Of a stretch of DNA of 64,000 bases, positions 60,008 to 64,000 are shown in pieces; positions within the stretch are counted from its first letter, which is position 1; the number at the start of each line of letters is the position of its first letter. Location of the stretch: NCBI GenBank assembly GCA_003139615.1, contig PLJH01000134.1, positions 3,705 to 67,704 of the forward strand, in the 5' to 3' direction. This DNA comes from Alphaproteobacteria bacterium. GTDB lineage: Bacteria; Pseudomonadota; Alphaproteobacteria; Micropepsales; Micropepsaceae. The notes beneath the pieces are model-generated. The model was not told the origin of the DNA and made no database searches. It saw nothing but the letters and a program-made list of their open reading frames with translations. A program made the translations under genes and the position numbers.

Positions 60008-60553
60008 ATGTTTGGGCGAGCATTTGCGGTGCTTTTTGCGGCGTTTTGCGTGAGTTCGGCTACCGCGGCCGATCTGCCGCAACCGCTCGACGGGACCAAC
60101 CGCGTCTTTCAGGACGATCTGCTCGACCGTATGACCGGGAGCTGGACGATGACGGGCTCGATTGTCGGCGCACCGGTGAAGCACCAGGTCGATGTGCACT
60201 GGATCCTCAATCACCAGTTTCTCGAAATCCACGAGCGCGATACGGCCCCGCCGAAAGGCGGCGAGCCGGCTTACGAAGCGATGCCGCTTATCGGTTACGA
60301 CAATACGAGCGAGCGCTATGTGGCCCACTGGATCGATATCTATGGCGGGCGCTATTCGGAAACGCTGGGCTACGGCAAGCGCACCGGCGACACGATCGAG
60401 TTCGTGTTCGAATATCCCGACGGCCCGTTCCACACAGCCTTCCGCTGGCTGCCGGACCGACAGCAATGGCAATGGCTCATGACGCGCAGGAACGCGACGG
60501 GCAAGTGGGTGGGATTTGCGGATATGACGTTGACGAAGCGAACGTCGGATTGA
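60008..60553 (+). CDS. Secreted beta-barrel hypothetical protein (DUF1579-like)
   Basis: Signal peptide; LDRMTGSW, IGYDNTSERYVAHWID. Confidence 0.75.
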   Translation: MFGRAFAVLFAAFCVSSATAADLPQPLDGTNRVFQDDLLDRMTGSWTMTGSIVGAPVKHQVDVHWILNHQFLEIHERDTAPPKGGEPAYEAMPLIGYDNTSERYVAHWIDIYGGRYSETLGYGKRTGDTIEFVFEYPDGPFHTAFRWLPDRQQWQWLMTRRNATGKWVGFADMTLTKRTSD

Positions 60554-60556
60554 CGT

Positions 60557-61216
60557 TTACTCTTCCTCATCCGTCTTGATGCCCATGCCCTTCGACACAT
60601 AGGCCTTGACGGATTCGACGACTTCCGCCTCGTGCTTGTCGAAGAAATGGTTCGCGCCTTCGATCTTGTCGTAGGTCACCTTGATGCCGCGCTGCGCGGA
60701 GAGGCGGTCGACAAGCTTCTGCGCGTCGGCCTCGGGCACGACCTGATCCTTCGTGCCGTGCACCATCAGGCCCGACGCCGGGCAGGGCGCGAGAAATGCG
60801 AAATCATACATGCTGGCCGGCGGCGCGATGGAGACGAAGCCGGTGATCTCGGGCCGGCGCATCAGAAGCTGCATCCCGATCCACGCGCCGAAGGAAATAC
60901 CGCACACCCACACGAAAGACGGATTGGGATAAAGCGTGTTCATCCAGTCGAGCACGGCGGCCGCATCCGACAATTCGCCTGCACCGGAATCGAACGTGCC
61001 CTGGCTGCGCCCCACGCCGCGGAAATTGAACCGCACGGTCGTGCAGCCCAGGCCGTGGAACATGTGAAACAGGTCGTAGACGAGCGGATTGTTCATCGTG
61101 CCGCCGAACTGCGGATGGGGATGCAGCACGAGCGCCATGGGGGCGCCGGGCGCCTTCTGGCGTTGGTAGCGAGCTTCAATTCGGCCGGCCGGGCCGGGGA
61201 GGATGATGTCAGGCAT
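60557..61216 (-). CDS. Alpha/beta hydrolase (COG2945-type) divergent from the isc/suf operon
   Basis: HPHPQFGGTMNN, RFNFRGVG, GISFG, GANHFF. Confidence 0.92.
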   Translation of the reverse strand: MPDIILPGPAGRIEARYQRQKAPGAPMALVLHPHPQFGGTMNNPLVYDLFHMFHGLGCTTVRFNFRGVGRSQGTFDSGAGELSDAAAVLDWMNTLYPNPSFVWVCGISFGAWIGMQLLMRRPEITGFVSIAPPASMYDFAFLAPCPASGLMVHGTKDQVVPEADAQKLVDRLSAQRGIKVTYDKIEGANHFFDKHEAEVVESVKAYVSKGMGIKTDEEE

Positions 61217-61356
61217 GGAATCCGGTTCTCGTTCTGGCTGTCAATTCGCGCCCAACCCCGTTCCCAGCGATTAACTCGGGTATAGGGAAGGCACGTTCGG
61301 ACAGAATATCCCTTGCTTTCAGGGCAATTTCGGCTGGACAGAAGGTAGCGGCGCGC

Positions 61357-61390
61357 AATTCTTGACCACGTTAGTGGGAATATCTATATC
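61357..61390 (+). promoter_or_regulatory. Sigma70-like promoter of iscR, possibly overlapping an IscR site
   Basis: TTGACC (61362-67)-N17-TATATC (61385-90); the IscR-site assignment is inference. Confidence 0.5.
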
Positions 61391-61498
61391 CGGCAGGATG
61401 ACACCCGCAGCGCCGGCAGCCCGGGGGCCCCGTTTCTACACCGAAGCGACCCCCAAGAAGCAAGCACGGAATTGTCGGGTATTGAGGAGTGACGAATT

Positions 61499-61966
61499 GT
61501 GAGGCTGAGTACAAAGGGCCGCTATGCGGTGATGGCGATGGCAGATCTGGCCGGAAACGAGGGCGGAACCCGCCCCGTATCCCTGGCTGAGATCGCCAAG
61601 CGTCAGGAGATTTCGCTGTCCTATCTGGAACAGCTTTTTGCGAAGCTGCGGAAGGGCGGGCTTGTGCGTAGCGTGCGCGGACCGGGCGGAGGCTATCGCC
61701 TGAGCCGTCCGGCATCGGAACTGCGGATTGCGGATATCATCCTTGCGGTGGACGAGCCGATTGCGACGACACGTTGCAAGACGGGCAGTCCGCTCGGTTG
61801 CACCGGTACCACGACGCGCTGCGTGACCCACGATCTATGGGAAGAACTCGGCCGGCAGATCCAGGTGTTTCTGTCGTCCGTGTCGCTGGCCGATGTGATC
61901 GAGAAACGGGTTCTCGGCCGCACGCGTCCTTGCGAAGCGAAGTCCGAAGCGCGCGAAGCCGCGTAA
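61499..61966 (+). CDS. iscR: Rrf2 family regulator IscR
   Basis: MRLSTKGRYAV, YLEQLF, RGPGGGY, C-x7-C-x6-C-x2-H cluster ligands. Confidence 0.93.
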   Translation: MRLSTKGRYAVMAMADLAGNEGGTRPVSLAEIAKRQEISLSYLEQLFAKLRKGGLVRSVRGPGGGYRLSRPASELRIADIILAVDEPIATTRCKTGSPLGCTGTTTRCVTHDLWEELGRQIQVFLSSVSLADVIEKRVLGRTRPCEAKSEAREAA

Positions 61967-61972
61967 GCACGA

Positions 61973-63127
61973 ATGACCTATCTCGATCACAATGCGACGT
62001 CGCCGTTGCGCCCGGAAGCGCGGGCCGCGATGACGCATGCGATGGAGATGGGAGGTAACCCATCCTCCGTACACGGAGCAGGTCGCGCGGGCCGCGCGCT
62101 GATAGAAGCGGCGCGCGAACAGGTGGCGGCGCTGGTGCATGCGCGGGCGCGGGATGTGATCTTCACCAGCGGCGGCACGGAGGCGAATGCGCTCACCCTT
62201 TGGGGCGCGGCTCAAGGCGCTTTGGATGCCGAAGCGCGGATCACGCGGCTGTTCGTCTCGGCCATCGAGCATGATTCCGTGCGGGCGAACGCCGAAGCAA
62301 TTGCCGAACGCGTTCCGGGCGTGCGCATGCAGATGATCCCGGTCACAAGTGCCGGCGTGGTCGATACAGAGGCCCTGCGCGTGCTGCTGCGCGAAGGCAA
62401 AGGCCGCGCAATCGTCGCAGTGATGCTCGCCAACAACGAAACGGGTGCGATTCAGCCGCTGGAGCAGATTGCAAAACTTGCGAGGGAAGCAGGTGCGCTG
62501 CTGCTCGTCGATGCGATCCAGGCAGCCGGCAAACTTGATATCGATTTCGCGGCGCGCGATGCCGATTATTTGACTCTCGCGGCGCATAAGCTCGGTGGTC
62601 CGCAAGGCGTGGGCGCGCTGATCGTGAAAGAGGGTGCTCCGTTCGTCGCGCAAATTCTCGGCGGCGGGCAAGAGCGCGGCAAGCGCGCCGGCACCGAGAA
62701 TGTCGTAGGCATCGCGGGTTTCGGCGCGGCCAGCGAAGCGTCGTTGCGCGATCTTGGATCGCTATCGCGGATCTCATTCCTGCGCGACCGCTTCGAGCAC
62801 GGGCTCAGGCAGATCGCGCCCGATGCGATCGTGTTCGGCGACACGCGCCTCGGCAACACGTCCAACTTTGCGCTGCCTGGCATCACCGCCGAAACGGCCG
62901 TCATCGCGCTCGATCTCGATGGCGTGATGATCAGTTCCGGTGCCGCGTGCTCGTCCGGCAAGGTGAAGCCGTCGCATGTGCTGCAGGCGATGGGCGTGTC
63001 GGAAGACATCGCACGCTCCGCGTTGCGCGTGAGTTTCGGCTGGAATTCCATGGATGAGGACGCCGACGCGGCGCTCGCATCGCTCCACAAACTCGTTTCG
63101 CGCGACCGTTCGCGCGCCGCGGCCTGA
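61973..63127 (+). CDS. Cysteine desulfurase (IscS/NifS-like)
   Basis: [35 protein letters not shown]. Confidence 0.95.
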   Translation: MTYLDHNATSPLRPEARAAMTHAMEMGGNPSSVHGAGRAGRALIEAAREQVAALVHARARDVIFTSGGTEANALTLWGAAQGALDAEARITRLFVSAIEHDSVRANAEAIAERVPGVRMQMIPVTSAGVVDTEALRVLLREGKGRAIVAVMLANNETGAIQPLEQIAKLAREAGALLLVDAIQAAGKLDIDFAARDADYLTLAAHKLGGPQGVGALIVKEGAPFVAQILGGGQERGKRAGTENVVGIAGFGAASEASLRDLGSLSRISFLRDRFEHGLRQIAPDAIVFGDTRLGNTSNFALPGITAETAVIALDLDGVMISSGAACSSGKVKPSHVLQAMGVSEDIARSALRVSFGWNSMDEDADAALASLHKLVSRDRSRAAA

Positions 63128-63134
63128 GGCAAAC

Positions 63135-64000
63135 ATGTCCGCTATCCGCGAAACCGCAGACCAGGTCGCCACGTTAGGCGAGAAATACAAATACGGCTTC
63201 GTCACCGACATCGAGATGGAGGTGACGCCGAAGGGCTTGAATGAAGACGTGGTGCGCCTGATTTCGGGCAAGAAGAATGAGCCGGAATGGATGCTGGAAT
63301 GGCGGCTCGGCGCGTTCCGCCGCTGGAAGGAAATGACGGAGCCCAGTTGGGCGCGCGTGCATTACCCGAAGATCGATTATCAGAATTCCTCCTATTACGC
63401 CGCGCCCAAGGCAAATCCGAAACTGGAGAGCCTCGACGAAGTCGATCCCAAGCTGCTCGAAACCTATGCGAAGCTGGGCATTCCGCTGCACGAGCAGAAG
63501 CTGCTGGCGGGCGTGGCCGTCGATGCGGTGTTCGATTCCGTCTCTGTCGCCACCACCTTCAAGAAGAAGCTGGGCGAAGCGGGCGTGATCTTCTGCCCGA
63601 TCTCCGAAGCGATCCGCGAGCATCCCGAGCTCGTGAAGAAATATCTGGGCTCCGTCGTGCCGGTCAGCGACAATTTCTTCGCGACGCTCAATTCGGCGGT
63701 GTTCTCCGACGGCTCGTTCGTCTACGTGCCCAAGGGCGTGCGCTGCCCGATGGAGCTTTCGACCTATTTCCGCATCAATGCGTCGGAGACGGGCCAGTTC
63801 GAGCGCACATTGATCATCGCCGAAGAAGGCGCTTACGTCAGCTATCTCGAAGGCTGCACCGCGCCGATGCGGGATGAGAACCAGCTTCACGCCGCCGTGG
63901 TGGAGCTGGTCGCGCTCGACGGCGCGGAAATCAAATATTCCACCGTGCAGAACTGGTATCCGGGAAACGAAGAAGGGGTAGGCGGCATCTTCAATTTCGT
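63135..64000 (+). CDS. sufB: Fe-S cluster assembly protein SufB (truncated by window end)
   Basis: [52 protein letters not shown]. Confidence 0.96.
   Translation, partial: MSAIRETADQVATLGEKYKYGFVTDIEMEVTPKGLNEDVVRLISGKKNEPEWMLEWRLGAFRRWKEMTEPSWARVHYPKIDYQNSSYYAAPKANPKLESLDEVDPKLLETYAKLGIPLHEQKLLAGVAVDAVFDSVSVATTFKKKLGEAGVIFCPISEAIREHPELVKKYLGSVVPVSDNFFATLNSAVFSDGSFVYVPKGVRCPMELSTYFRINASETGQFERTLIIAEEGAYVSYLEGCTAPMRDENQLHAAVVELVALDGAEIKYSTVQNWYPGNEEGVGGIFNF

Noticed and set aside
1-64000. tRNA or rRNA genes
   Set aside because: No cloverleaf or rRNA-like sequence recognised by eye

Overview
High-GC alphaproteobacterial chromosome segment (the exact lineage cannot be read from the sequence). 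Core genes in order: two amidohydrolases, accC-accB-aroQ, fused thiS-thiG, dsbA/M48 protease, a GGT-like lipoprotein, rne, amiC-mrcA, a CLC channel, prfB with its programmed frameshift, bactofilin and M23 peptidase, bcp, an AsmA/DUF3971 protein, tyrS, anmK, and iscR-cysteine desulfurase-sufB. Accessory DNA: a small patch at 8.2-13.2 kb, two tandem filamentous-haemagglutinin-like genes (17-24.6 kb), and an island of about 13 kb (32.1-45.2 kb) between mrcA and prfB. The island is the most unusual part. It holds unrelated genes (rpiB, TonB-C, mrr, a GloVer-repeat protein, an S74-chaperone protein, a secreted protein, and orphan Rhs/toxin tips with candidate immunity genes). Several of these are separated by members of one degenerate ~27-bp inverted-repeat family, which also caps a RAYT-type HUH (Y1) transposase. 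A second ~100-230-bp direct repeat occurs four times, and one copy is interrupted by a complete group II intron whose RT is frameshifted at YADD. The layout resembles an integron-like cassette array but has no integrase or attC. That it is built by the HUH transposase is an inference, not demonstrated.
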